Source of the DNA: Haliotis cracherodii
Taxonomy: Eukaryota
Assembly (NCBI RefSeq): GCF_022045235.1
Contig: NW_027266341.1
Span: forward strand, 56,296,001 to 56,360,000
Reading direction: 5' to 3'
DNA length: 64,000 bases
Shown here: positions 13,322 to 27,219 of the stretch, in pieces
Numbering within the stretch: the stretch's first letter is position 1
Layout of the letters: the number at the start of each line of letters is the position of its first letter
Made by a program: the position numbers and the translations under genes
Notes under the pieces: model-generated
Database searches by the model: none
What the model was told of the DNA's origin: nothing
Seen by the model: the letters and a program-made list of their open reading frames with translations, nothing else

Positions 13322-13698
13322 AATCCAAGCGTGAGCCAATTTCACGTCTGGGTCATGCGATTGAATTTAATTGGCAAATGTTGTTAAACGACGCATTCAA
13401 CACCATTCAAGTAATATCACGGCGGGGACAAGAGGTGGCTTCAGGCATTGTACTCATACAAACAAGTAACTGAAAACATGAGAAATGGTCCATGTTATCA
13501 GGGAGGATGACTCGCAATCAGCCAAACAGGGCATGATCACCCACTCTTTCGACAGTCATTAGATACTGGGGATATTTTCTACTCGAAATAGCCGCAAGGT
13601 CCCGGTTATATGAAACATCGACATATGTGTCTGTCAAACGACAAGCCGACGGAAAACTACGAAAATATTATCTCGACGGTAAACACACAATACATGTA

Positions 13699-13872
13699 CA
13701 GTCAAACACCGTTGTGTCGAACTTTGATGTGTTGAACTTTGGGTTGTCTATAAGAAAAAGCATGATCCCTCCATATTCATTCTTTATTTACCATTTTAGG
13801 TTTTGTCGAACCTCGGACAACTCGGAATATTTACGTAGGTCCCTTCAACTTCGACACAACGCTGTTTGACTG
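13699..13872. mobile_element. MITE (Tc1/mariner-pogo-like), ancestral to the array
   Basis: TIRs CAGTCAAACACCGTTGTGTCGAA / TTCGACACAACGCTGTTTGACTG with TA flanks. Copies at 24381-24539 and 34146-34315; decayed copies at ~41880-41944, ~51525-51668 and ~59942-60110. Confidence 0.8.
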
Positions 13873-14019
13873 TATGTGTGCCCTATATATCCACCTTGCA
13901 AAAGCAATCGTACTTCCACACAGGGTTTTAATTATAAAAGGTAACCTTTTTAGAAGGATGAAGACCACAAACGTCACTTTGTTACTATTTCATCCCTCGG
14001 AGGGAATATATCGTCTCGG

Positions 14020-14331
14020 TGATTTAGCCTCTGTCCGGACAGCGAAATGTCGGTGGCTTGACCCCTTGACTGACTTAACAACGACAGTACTTGTTGTCCT
14101 GCCTGGTGCTCGGCATCTGTCTGAGTGGAGTTGGTGCTCGGCATCTGTCTGAGTGGAGTATCCGTGTTACACTGCACCATGGTATATCAGTGCCCTAAGC
14201 TTTAAAACCGTCAGAAGTCTGCATTAGTACAAGCAGCCACACACGTGCATGCACGTCGCTGTATAAGTAAAATAATCGTGAACATGACGTTAAAATCCCA
14301 TTTCACCTCACCTCACCTCAAACTCACCTCG
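14020..14331 (+). mobile_element. Second degenerate CACCT-tailed SINE per spacer
   Basis: Decayed tRNA-like head, SINE body and (CACCT)n tail. Paralogues at ~24700-25045, 34460-34975, 42090-42350, 51780-52010 and 60270-60575. Confidence 0.65.
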
Positions 14332-15410
14332 GCTCTGCTACGCCTAAAGAACTGCATATGTAGAGATTGTACAACCCTGCACTGATTTGGATTTGAAATT
14401 GAAATCCGCTTGGGTCACTTTGTACATCAACGACTGACAATGAAACTGGAAATCATGAATATCACGATCTTTCATATTCATTGAAAATGCCAAAAATAAT
14501 TTTCGCGGCATTAAAACAAAAGCTTCATTTTTCATGGCAAGAAATATCATTATAAAGCTATAAAGCACCTTTTTTTACACGACACAGTATTAAAAGTATT
14601 AACGAATACATGAAGGTAACAAATCAAAACATGCAATGTGTTTTATTGTTTGATAATATAGGGGATAGCTTTTCCAGATGGAAAGCTCCGAGGAGACCTT
14701 TACAACAAAGCATCAGCAATGTTTGTCTGGTTAAAATATACATACACTGATCAGTTGTTTCCCACTTGAATTACTTTACACGATTGTATAGACGATGGCC
14801 GAAAATATCGTTTTAACAACTATCATATTTAGCATCTATATATCCTGACTATGTGCATATTTCAAAAATAACTTTACTAAAAACTATTTATGAATTTCAT
14901 GTAAGTGGTATTTCCAGAGATGCGTGAAGGGGTACTGGCGGGACATTGTTTCACGGTTTATGTGACTACGTGTTATTTTACATTTGCATACGTACTCAAT
15001 TCAATAATCAATTCTTCAAATCCATTCGGGAGGTTACTCAATTCAATCATTAACTGCTTGCATGTAAATGCAACAAAACTAATGCATTCAACACAACGTT
15101 TATGGGATACTTCATTAAAGTAATTATAGACCATTCAGGTCGAAGCTGAAGCTGTAAATTTGCATACCTTCATGTATACCACATCACATTAAAGATTTAA
15201 GCCTCGACACCGAGGGTAGTCACAATAGCGTCGAACGTATTGCCCCGGGCGAGGAATCTATCCAACGTCATTGAATCCAAATTAAACACATTAAACACTA
15301 ATTGGCCTCCCATTTGTCAGACAGCGTTTAACAACACAAGAAAACAACAACCCTGCATTCAGCCATATTCCAGGTGACAAAATCCAATGATTTACATCAT
15401 GAGCATCGAT

Positions 15411-15455
15411 CTACTACCACTACAATAACAACAACAACAACAACTACTACTACTA

Positions 15456-15500
<45 letters not shown>

Positions 15501-15550
15501 TAAAAGCTACCACTACTACTACTACTATATGTACTGCTGCTACTCCTACT
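15411..15550. repeat. (TAC)n/(AAC)n microsatellite
   Basis: Direct reading; paralogous tracts at ~26490, 36260 and 52990. Confidence 0.9.
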
Positions 15551-16467
15551 ATACCTTTTGCCTCCAGTTGGTATTGAAATCATCCATGTGAAAAAAATCA
15601 ATTAATTGTTTTATTTTCATTTGCAAAAATAAAAACAGAATTTATCAGTTCTAAATTTGAATATGGATTGAGACTGCCGTGGGTCCAATGAACAGGGTGT
15701 CTTGTAGATGACACCACGTTAGCAAGTAGCACTTCGGTTGCAGATCTAGAGTCTATTACAAATTATGCTCCCGTATGCAATTAAGTCAAAACTCAAACAT
15801 AACTCAAATTCAGTTAAAGGGAACAACGTAGTTGATGAAAGAAATGTATGTGCATGTTTCATGGGGATTTTAAACTTCACAGGAAAAGCAATGTCGTACG
15901 CACTGGAGTTCAAATTAGCCGATCAAACTCAACACTGGTTTGTACAAGAATATGTTTATTGGCATGAGTCACCCAATAAGCAAGAAGTTAAAACATATAC
16001 GATATACCGCTGCCAGTGTAGTCGTAATATATGCAAAGACAGATGTTAAGATTACCTTTTAGCAGTTGATAGTCAACGTTGTATGAAAAGGTAAGAACCT
16101 GTATGTCCATTGTATTATCTGCGGTAACTTGTGCCAGAAACCTGTGATCGTGTGTTCGAATTCCTGTTAGACCTGATTATGTTTATTAGAATTGTCAGCA
16201 CCACACCTGTGCTCGAGGCTTTAGCCTCAGAAATAAAAACTTGCATCACTTCGTGTTTTCTTCCCATTTCAAACTGAAACGCCGTCAAATGACTGAAAAA
16301 CTGTTCAAAGCGGTGTTAAACCTACCTCACTCAATGATTCGTAACTTGTAATAAAAATACAACAATATATATGTTTTGAAAACATTATTTGGTAAGATAA
16401 TTTAACGATGCAAAAGGTATATACATCCATTATAAAACACATTCATACATCAGACAAGCATACGTCT

Positions 16468-17414
16468 CTAGTGGTAGTAATAGGGACTGGCTTTGGCGAC
16501 GAACGACCCAGCAACTCCATGACCAACAAAGGGTCTTCCATGTCCATAAACACCGTGTCCGACGAAAGGTCCATGTCCAGCAAATCCATTTCCTACAAGA
16601 CCAGCTCCATGTCCGACGTTCTTCCCGTAGCCGTAGTTGTTGCTGTAGGGGTTGTAACCGTAGCCATGTCCCTGACCGGCAACTACGTGTCCTACGAAAG
16701 GTCTACGTCCAAAAACAACGCCATCATGTCCGTAGACTCCTTGTCCGAGACTAGCTCCATACCCAGCAACTTTCCCAACACCTTTACCATAGCCATAGGT
16801 GTTGTAGTTGTTGGGGCTGTAGTCGTAACCATAACCTTTACCAGCAATACCTTTGTTACCAAAGCCTTTACCGTGGCCATAGTCATTGTAACCATTGTAC
16901 GGGTTGTACCCATAGCCTTTACCAGCATCACCGAAAGATCCGGAACGGATGGGCTTCTGTGCCAGGACAGAGGCGACTAGCACGGACAACACAGCGACGA
17001 CGGCCTGAATATAACAGAACGGTTCTAATGCAGTTTGAATCACAAAAATACATCTGATAATAACGAAAATATTTGTCCAAATCATAATAGATTCCATGTT
17101 GGAGAACAAAAACTTGCTCTATAATAGTAAATATATATTTCTATGAAAAGTAAAACTAAAGTAAGAAGTCGGGATAAATGTATTTTCTGTGATATTTTTG
17201 TTTGTAAATTTCAAGTTAAGACAGAACGGCTGAAGTTAATTTCGATTTAACTTTATCTTGGTGGAAATACCTTCGCACGATGAGTTATAAGCCACGTGTT
17301 TGTATGAAACAGGGCTTGGAATGGGCGCTTGATGGCTACCTTTTAAGAATTCCGAGGTAAGGGGATTAACCAAAACTGACTCTGATCCTAGATTAGAAGT
17401 TATCTTACCTTCAT
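16468..17414 (-). CDS. Secreted Gly/Tyr/His-rich structural protein, gene 3 (type I), 180 aa; exons 17414-17409 + 17004-16468
   Basis: Same two-exon structure; intron 17005-17408 (404 nt); MKAVVAVLSVLVASVLA-QKP; ends KASPYYYH. Confidence 0.9.
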
Positions 17415-17475
17415 GATGAACAGACTTGACAACAGTGTTGAGATGACTGATACCACCACTGTGGTCTTGCCTCCA

Positions 17476-17545
17476 TATATACATCTTCAGCAGGGTCACG
17501 TGAAGACTACCCCCTGAGTTAAACTGCCAAACGAACATCACGTGA
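17476..17545 (-). promoter_or_regulatory. Gene 3 core promoter
   Basis: TCACGTGA at 17496 and 17538; TATATA at 17476-17481. Confidence 0.8.
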
Positions 17546-20399
17546 CCACATCATTTGACGAATTTGTGTTTTATAACTCAGTTTTAGTGTCCACAATATA
17601 TATACTGATCGAGTAGACTTAATCATGAAGATATTACAAATAAAATTATATATAATTTATACTGTTAATTTATTAATTTTCAAGATTCATTCATGTTCAT
17701 AATTATTTATTTTCTGTAAAAATAAAAATATAATAACTTGGTTACAATACTTGTCAACAGAAGGTTTTGGAAAATTATGACTAAGGTAGAGACTTCGGCA
17801 CAAAGAAGCAAGTAGAGGAAAAACAAAGTTTCCGCTTCCTATTCATTTTCATCAAAAATAGTCATATATACTGTATTAACATTTTTGTGTAGCACACATT
17901 GAATATTTTTGTGACACACTCACATTGAAATGTAAAGAAAACAAAGTCGATTAATTACATATTTCTAAGTGTACAAGTTCGAGATCAATAGTATTTGGGA
18001 CTGCCCTTTCACATGCTTCCTCCTTCAGCTTCTTATCACTAAGTAATTGCAACTATCTGGAACAAATATTGTGAGCCATTCGTATAGTTTCCATCACAAT
18101 TTTGCCTTTTCGCCCAATGGAATGAATCTTTTCACAAAATAATATCTGGTGCTGAAGTTTCTGGTATTTTTAGACAATTTTCAATATGAGATCGATGTCA
18201 CTTTCCAAAAGATCTGTCAATATTATTTTTAGATGATTGAGATAAAATATTGATGTGTTTGAAGTATAATTATGCTGAATAACTGTGTGTTGGACAGTTT
18301 CACTTGATGTACTGTGTTTTAAATTTAAAGCTGGATAAAAAAAAAATATGGCTCTCACACGTGGCATTACACGATTGTATAATTGACGAAAATATCCTTA
18401 TAATAACTATCGTAAGCTATTTGATGGATATTTGCAGAGATACATGTAGGGGTACTAACGGGTTACTTTTCCCCATTTATGTGACTTTGTGTTATGTCAT
18501 TGGCATTAGCATGGCTGCTCAATTCAGCAATCAATTCTTTACATCCATTTGTGAAGATGAAGTAACAAAACTAATGCATTCAAGACAACGTGTATGGGCT
18601 ATTTCATTAACGTAATTAAATTGACCATCCGGGTTGAAACGAGCTGTGAATATGCAAAGCTTCATGTATATCACATCTCATTAAGGATTTAAGCCTGCGG
18701 ATATGATCTTGATCCCGAGTGCGGTCAGAACAGCGTCGAATGTATTGCCCCCGGCTAGGAATCTACCCCACGTCATCACAAGTTTACTCCAAATCGAAAA
18801 CATTTTTATAGACAGCATTGTAGAGTTTTTTTACAATGACATAATTAGCTTCAATCAAACATTCCATTCAATATTTAAAAGTACTTTCTTCAATTATATT
18901 CGTTCACTATTTCACGCAGACATATCAATAAATTTGCATGTCAAACTATTTTCAGGTGCTGAATATGTTGCTTAAAACCATTGTATGAGTACGACTTTAT
19001 GACAAGGAAACCTGGCACTGGTCAGACAGCTTATAGTCAGTTGGCCAGGGGAGAAAAAGAAGATTTTCGTTCCCACATTTTCCTGTATGCCTTTCCACTT
19101 TTTCTATTGCATAAAGGAGGTATATTTTCGAAATTTTCATTGGGTAGTAAGCTTGCAAGTGTGTACGTGAATTTTCAGGGGATCAAAATTGCATGAATTG
19201 AAGGAAACATGCATAATTTGACAAAATTGGCTGTAACATTTTTATTAAGTCATTAAACTATCCATATTATGTCTTTGATTAAAGGTAATGTGTTCGGTTA
19301 TCTGAATTTGGCAAACATTTTGTCTCTTTTTACTGTTATTCTAATTCTCAGTGGAAACATTGATAAAAATAATGTTTTTAACTTCATTTTCATATCGTGT
19401 GAGTAGGTAAAACACTATTTCCATTGAACTGAGACAATAAAACCACCATAACTGTGTATTAAAATCTGCCTGACTCATTGTTCTATCCTATACAAAACAC
19501 AAAATGCAAACATATTACATAGGGGCTGAGATATTGTATACAATGTTACCCCACCCCCAAATAAACAATTTTGACGATAATTGCTTATTGAGATATGGTG
19601 GTAGATCATGTTGATGTAGTGGATGAGTGGAATAACTGCAACAATTCATAAAACAACCAAAATAGTAAACTCATAAAGAAAAGTGATGTTTCAAGTTTTT
19701 CTGGGAGTATTTATGGTGGCCATCTTAAATTTTGACTTGTTTTCAAAATCAAGATCTAATATTATATAGTTCTTGACAACGTGTCATGTAATATATCATA
19801 TGAAAGCTTTTTACATTGTCTTTTCAATGATGTACATTATCCCCAACAATGTAAGAAAGGAAATATTGAAAGCTAATTTCTCTCGTGATTTCAAAACATG
19901 CCCAAATTAAGATTTAAATTAAAATGGACACATTTTCACTCAAAATTGTAGATATACTGCAACCCCCTAATTAAGTGCACAAAAAAAACTACCACTATAT
20001 CTTATTATCTCCAGCTGGCATTGGAATTACCTTTGTAGAAACAGCAAATTCATCAATTGTTTTATCTTAATTTGGAAACATAAAAAATAATGTATCATTT
20101 TTACATTAATTTTGGATATGGATTAAGTCCAATAGCAGGGACTTCATGCAAATGACACCATGCTTGCAAGTAACAAGCTACCTGGGTTGCAGAGTCGGTT
20201 AGTGCTGTTACATAAAGAAAGGGGACAAAGTAAAATGAAAGTAATCTGTTTCTTGTTATCTGTAAACTTCTCGACAAAGACAATGTAGTACACGCTGGAG
20301 TTCAAATTAGCCGATCAAACTGAACATTGAAATGTACTGGACTACCGTGGGGGAAAATGGGAACAGGTTTATTGTACATGAATCAAACAATGTATGTAC

Positions 20400-20454
20400 A
20401 TGTATGTATGTGTGTGTGCGTGCGTGCGAGTGAGCGAGCGTGCGTGCGTGCGTG

Positions 20455-20503
<49 letters not shown>

Positions 20504-20582
20504 ATGTGTGTGTGTGTGTGTGTGTGTGTGTGGTTCGTGCGTGTGTGTGTTCTCAGCTTCTGTGGTTCGTGCGTGTGTGTGT
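20400..20582. repeat. (TG)n/(TGCG)n microsatellite
   Basis: Direct reading. Confidence 0.9.
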
Positions 20583-20886
20583 TTTTTTTTAGCTTCTGTG
20601 CATTTTCTTCTCTATCATTTTCAATTGTCATCGCTATAGTGATCTTGACCTTCACACATTAATGATGACAACACTATTGTAACCGTACCCACAAACGTAA
20701 GTGAGTTTTAAACACAAGTACCTATTTAAACACTTGAAATTGGATCACTAATCAAAACATTCACATTGAACAAGTTTGTCCACTGTATTATTTTACTTGA
20801 GAAGCTGTAAGACTTTGATTATTGATTTCATGGCATCCCCAATGCTGTGTTACCGAATTGTTCACATATTATCGTATACGATATGG

Positions 20887-20956
20887 TCACGTGATATGCG
20901 CTTAACGGTAAAACTCTTGATGTAACGATCACGTGACCCTGTTAAGGATGTATATA
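20887..20956 (+). promoter_or_regulatory. Gene 4 core promoter
   Basis: TCACGTGA at 20887 and 20929; TATATA at 20951. Confidence 0.8.
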
Positions 20957-21027
20957 TGGAGGCAGCACCATGTTGGTGGCATCAGTCATCTCAACACTGG
21001 TGTATCGTCTAGTCAAGTCTATTCACC

Positions 21028-22183
21028 ATGAAGGTAAGATACCATTGTACCGATACAGTAATACGAACATGAAATAGTGTCTCTCAGTTAATTTTGAAGC
21101 TTTCTTTAAATGAAATACTTAACTAAAATTGTATGTCCAAAACATGAGCAACCCGCTTGTAACCAGGTGAAGAAAACTTTATATATTAAGATGCGCCAAA
21201 GCACTAGGTTGCACCCATGTGATGCATAGTGATGTGGGTTGACAGGGAACTGACAAGGAATGGAAACGAAAATTTGTACCCAAAAATTAATTCATATTTG
21301 ATGTACCGTGAAACTACATTAATCCGTACACTTTTCCAGATTAACGAAAGATGGTAACGGATTAACGTCACTTTGTATACATCAAAGGGTCCAACCATTC
21401 CATATTCCAATGGATACAGTTAATATGCCTATTAACATTTGTATGAAGGTGTTTAAAGTTTAAAGTTCACAAACTCCAATGTGTTCTTATATTCAGGTCG
21501 TCATCGCTGCGTTGTCTGTGCTAGTCGCCTCTGCCTTGGCCCTAGTGCCTTTAGAAACTGGATCCGTCGGAGTTGGCACTGTCGGTGTTGCTGGTACAGG
21601 CTACGGCTTCAACCCATACAACAGGAACCATGGTCACAATGGCTATGGCTACGGTAAAGGCGTTGGCAACGTAGGTGTTGGAAAGGTTTACGGCAACGGC
21701 TACACTCCCTACAACAATAACAACTATGGCTACGGTAAAGGCGTTGGGAAGGTCGGTGTTGCCGGTCCCTTCGTTGCTGGACATGGAGTTGGTCTTGTTG
21801 GACATGGACACGGACCTTTCGTTGGTGAGTACGGCGTTGCTGGAAAGGGACATGGCTACGGCTACAACACCTACAACGGAGTTGGGAATGGAGTTGGCCT
21901 TGTAGCAAATGGACTCCTTGGACACACCGGACACGGCCTCGCAGGGCCCTTCGCAGTCGGACACGGTGTTGCTGGTCAGGGACATGGCTACGGCTACAAC
22001 CCCTACAACAACAACTACGGCTACGGTAAGAACGTCGGACATGGAGCTGGTCTTGTAGGAAATGGATTTGCTGGACATGGACCTTTCGTCGGACACGGTG
22101 TTTATGGACATGGTGGACCTTTTGTTGGTCATGGAGTTGCTGGGTCGTTCGTGGGCAAATCCAGTCCCTATTACTACCACTAG
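21028..22183 (+). CDS. Secreted Gly/Tyr/His-rich structural protein, gene 4 (type II), 230 aa; exons 21028-21033 + 21497-22183
   Basis: ATGAAG|GTAAG; 463-nt intron; signal-peptide-like MKVVIAALSVLVASALA; ends KSSPYYYH; AATAAA at 22270. Confidence 0.92.
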
Positions 22184-25100
22184 GGACGTATGCTTGTCAT
22201 GCCTGATGTATGAATGTTTTTGTACTTTATTGATACAATGTATGTTTTGGTATCCATTTACGAATGGACAATAAATCTGACGTTACATTCATGTTGTATT
22301 ATTCAATCGCTGTGTATATTTTGGTCGTTGTATTACATGTAACGAATATTCTATAGATCTCTTCCCCTGGCTGCGTTATACAAGGACACTTTCAAGTGGC
22401 ACTTGTTGTTACCTGTTACCCTGATAAAACAAGGACTGGTCGGCTTGGAGTATAATATTTCTAAGTGGACAATCATCTTACACTGCGGCATGGTATCTCA
22501 GTGAGTCAGCACTATAAAATCGTCATTGTTNNNNNNNNNNNNNNNNNNNNNNNNNNNNNNNNNNNNNNNNNNNNNNNNNNNNNNNNNNNNNNNNNNNNNN
22601 NNNNNNNNNNNNNNNNNNNNNNNNNNNNNNNNNNNNNNNNNNNNNNNNNNNNNNNNNNNNNNNNNNNNNNNNNNNNNNNNNNNNNNNNNNACGCTCTTGA
22701 AGCTGACGTTAAACTCCGTCATCTCACCTTATATAATATATAACAGTAGTTCTACCTTCATACTGTCATATAGCCTTTGACAAGTTTAGCAGGTTTCTGG
22801 CAATGACAAAGCGAGGGACAGGAAACATATTTTGGGTATCGAACGTAGAGTATGATGAGGGATCACAGGTGGCCCAGTCTTCTGAGTTTCGTTTCTTCGG
22901 CGTGCTGCATCCTGTGGTCTGGGCCTCAATTACCAGATTCGCCCTAGTTATGTTTATAGCTTTATCAACACCATATCTGTTTTGGTTGGTTTAAAAAAGT
23001 GGTAAACGTCTGAGACCTGCATCACTACGGGCGTCCTTCCACATGAAGCTGACACCTGTGACGTAACACAAATACGTTTCAATGTTGTATTAAACTCACT
23101 CACTCCCTATAAACAGTTAACATTGTTGACTGTCCGCCGCTTTCATTGCATTTCTAGAATACATATTTGTATGTATTGTGCTTTTAGTAAGATGCATTCA
23201 ACTTAATAATTGTTACATATAAAATGTGTTTAATGTGTTGGTTCATACTTGTTTAACAACACATGTCTTAGTCTATTAGAACTGAACTTAAACTGGCTTG
23301 ATACTAGAACTACTTTACCCACAGCCGATACAGGAAAATGTCAGCTAATGTTTCTAGTTTTGTGCTAAATAGAATGTGGAAGTTGTATTTTGGCCATATG
23401 TTAACACAAAGTTTTATATATTTTTGTTTGCCTTTCTATTTTGCTTTTTGAAGCTCATAGAAACGTGTCCCTCACTTAAGTCGTGCCATGATTCTATGGC
23501 TGTGGGTTCGACTACCACATTCGATCTGATTATATAAGGAAACACCTGAAAGCTACTCTTATGAGTTTTAATTCTCGACCACAGGTCACTATTATGACGT
23601 CAGCCCGCTCATCATTACGTTAAAAAAACACTGCATTTTGTAACCAATAAATGTGCATATCATTGTTTCGTAATATCCTATATAGCTACCGACAACTATT
23701 AAGGAAGAAATACTTTCCTATCAATATATGCTTTCGCAGTGATGCGGACGTTAATCAGCTGTTTTATTCAAAGGTGCTTATTGTGATTTGAAACCTCTAG
23801 TTGACCACTCAAAATTTTCCAAATTCAAGGAAGAATAATAATATCTTTAAAATTAATGTGTTTATCGGGCTATACGCATGAACGAGTGACCACTGCTTTA
23901 CTACTTAAAATTTCGTTTTCTTCTCTGACAAGCTTAAACTAATACAGTACTAAATTCTTACTGCTGTTGCAAGCACTTCACTAGTTTTGGTCGGTGTTTG
24001 CAATTGTTTTTGCATCCATCAACAAATCCAAGCGTGAGCCAATTTCAGGTCTGGGTCATGCGATTGAATTTAATTGGCGAATGTTGCATTCAACACCATT
24101 CAAGTAATATCACGGCGGGGACAAGAGGTGCCTTCAGGCATTGAACGCATACAAACAAGTGACTGAAAACATGAGAAATGGTCCATTTTATCGGGGAGGA
24201 TGATCATGATGAGCATGATCAACCACTCTTTCGACAGTCATTAGATACTGGGGATATTTTCTACTCGAAATAGCCGCAAGGTCCCGGTTATATGAAACAT
24301 CGACATATGTGTCTCTCAAACGATAAGCCGACGGAAAACTACGAAAATATTATCTCGACGATAAACACACAATACATGTACAGTCAAACACCGTTGTGTC
24401 GAACTTTCGGCTGTCTATAAGAAAAAGCATGATCTCTCCATATTCATTCTTTATTTACTATTTTAGGTTTTGTCGAACCTCGGACAACTTGAAACATTAA
24501 CGTAGGTCCCTTCAACTTCGACACAACGCTGTTTGACTGTATGTGTGCCCTATATATATACACCGTGCAAAAGCAGTCGTACTTCCGCAAAGGTTTTTAA
24601 TTATAATAGGTAACCTTTTTAGAACTTCAAGGATGAAGACCACAAACGTCACTTTGTTACTATTTAATCCCTCGAAGTTAATATACCGTCTCGGTGATTT
24701 AGCCTCTGTCCGGACAGCGGAATGTCGGTGGCTTGACCCCTTGACTGACTTAACAACGACAGTACTTGTTGTCCTGCCTGGTGCTGGGCATTTAATGGAC
24801 GAAACGGGACTGGTCGGAATTTAGTCAGAATAATGTGTCTGAGTGGAGTATCCGTGTTACACTGCGCCATGGTATATCAGTGCCCTAATTCTTAAAACCG
24901 TCATATGTCTGCATTAGGACAAGCAGCCACACACGTGCATGCACGTCGCTGTATAAGTAAAATAATCGTGAACATGACGTTAAAATCCCATTTCACCTCA
25001 CCTCACCTCACCTCACCTCACCTCACCTCACCTCAAACTCACCTCGGCTCTGCTACGCCTAAAGAACTGCCTATGTAGAGATTGTACAACCCTGCAATGA

Positions 25101-25349
25101 TTTGGATGTAAAATTGAAATCCATTTGGGTCAGTTTGTACATCAACGACTTACAATGAAATCATGAATATCACGATCTTTCATATTCATTAAAAATGCCA
25201 AAAGTAATTTTCGCGGCATTAAAACAAAAGATTTATTTTTTCATGTCAAGAAATATAAAGCACCTTTCTCTACACGGCACAACCCTATATATATCCCCAT
25301 ATATCATGATAAAAATATTAACGAATACATGAAGGTCACAAATCAAAAC

Positions 25350-25715
25350 GACCGCCTCCGTGGTCTAGTGGTAGAACGTCCGCCCGGAGAGTAGAAGGTC
25401 CGGGGTTCGATCCCCGGCTGCGCCATACCAAAAGACGTTATAAGATGGTACTTGTTTTTACCATGTCTCGGGCTCAGCATTAAGGGGCTAAAATAAGGAC
25501 TGGTCGGCTCGGAGTCAGTATACTGAGTGTGTATTCATGTTAAACTACGGCATGGTATCTCAGTCAGCTAGCACTATTAATCGGCATCAGTCCGGACTAG
25601 TACAAGCAGCCATACACACACATAAGTGCAATATATATAAGTGCAATAATCTTGGACGCGACGTTAAAACCAATTTCACCTCACCTCACCTCACCTCACC
25701 TCACCTCACCTCACC
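25350..25715 (+). mobile_element. Full-length young tRNA-derived SINE with (CACCT)n tail and 14-bp TSD
   Basis: A-box TGGTCTAGTGG and B-box GGTTCGATCC. The core CCAAAAGACGTTATAAGATGGTAC...GCTCAGCATTAAGG recalls Meta/MESC-type cores. TSD TCACAAATCAAAAC at 25336-25349 and 25716-25729; empty site at ~35285. Confidence 0.9.
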
Positions 25716-26507
25716 TCACAAATCAAAACATGCAACGTGTTTTATTGTTTGATAATATAGGGGATAGCTTTTCCAGATGGCAAGCTCCGAGGAGACTTTT
25801 AATTACAACAAAGCATCAGCAATGTTTGTCTGGTAAAACTATACATACATGTACACTGATCAGTTGTTTCCCACTTGAATTACTTTACACGATTGTGTAG
25901 GCGGTGGCCGAAAATATCATTTTAACAACTATCATATTTAGCATCTATATCCTGACTATGTGCATATTTCAAAAATAACTTTACTAAAAACTATTTATGA
26001 ATTTCATGTAAGTGGTATTCCCAGAGATGCGTGAAGGGGTACTGGCGGGACATTGTTTCACGGTTTATGTGACTAGGTGTTATTTCACATTTGCATACGT
26101 ACTCAATTCAATAATCAATTCTTCACATCCATTCGGGAGGTTACTCAATTCAATCATCAACTGCTTGCATTTCAATGCAACAAAACTAATGCATTCAACA
26201 CAACGTTTATGGGATACTTCATTAAAGTAATTATAAACCATTCAGGTCGAAGCTGAAGCTGTTAATTTGCATACCTTCATGTATACCACATCACATTAAA
26301 GATTTAAGCCTCGACATCACTAATTAGCCTCCCATTTGTCAGACAGCGTTTAACAACACAGCAAGACAATAACTAGTTTGTTTGTTATTTGACCCTGCAC
26401 TCAGCAATATTCCAGGTATATGACAACGGTATGTAAATAATCGAGCCTGGATCAGAAAATCCAGTGATTTACATCATGAGCAACGATCTACTACCACTAC
26501 AATAACA

Positions 26508-26551
<44 letters not shown>

Positions 26552-27219
26552 GATAAAAGCTACTACTACTATTGCTACTCATACTACTTAGCCGATCAAA
26601 TGTATGTGCATGTTTCTTGAGGATTTTAAACGTCACTGGAAAAACAATGTCGTACGCACTGGAGTTCAAATTAGCCGATCAAACTCAACACTGGTTTGTA
26701 CAAGAATATGTTTATTGGCATGAGTCACGCAATAAGCAAGAAGTTAAAACATATACGATATACCGCTGCCAATGTAGTCGTAATATATGCAAAGACAGAT
26801 GTAAAGATTACCTTTTAGCAGTAGATAGTCAACGTTGTATTAAAAGGAAAGAACCTGTATGTCCATTGTATTATCTGCGGTAACTTGTGCCAGAAACATG
26901 TGATCGTGTGTTCGAATTCCTGTTAGACTTATATTTATTAGAATTGTCAGCACCACACCTGTGCTCGAGGCTTTAGCCTAAGAAATAAAGACTTGCATCA
27001 CTTGGTGTTTTCTTCCCATTTCAAACTGAAACGCCGTCAAATAACTGAAATACTGTTCATAGCGGTGTTAAACCTACCTCATTCAATGTTTCGTAACTTG
27101 TAATAAAAATACAACAATATATATGTTTAGGAAATTTTATTTGTTAAGATAATTTAACGATGCAAAAGGTATATACATCCATTATAAAACACATTCATAC
27201 ATCAGACAAGCATACGTCT

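Noticed and set aside
14905-15123. Short ORFs recurring in several spacers (MVFPEMREG..., MILIPSAVR..., MAMTKRGT...)
   Set aside because: The recurrence reflects recent segmental duplication; frames break in older copies and several rely on GTG/TTG starts.
25350-25425. tRNA-like sequences here and at 39458
   Set aside because: SINE heads: they continue into a SINE body and simple-repeat tail, one has a TSD, and there is no convincing cloverleaf.
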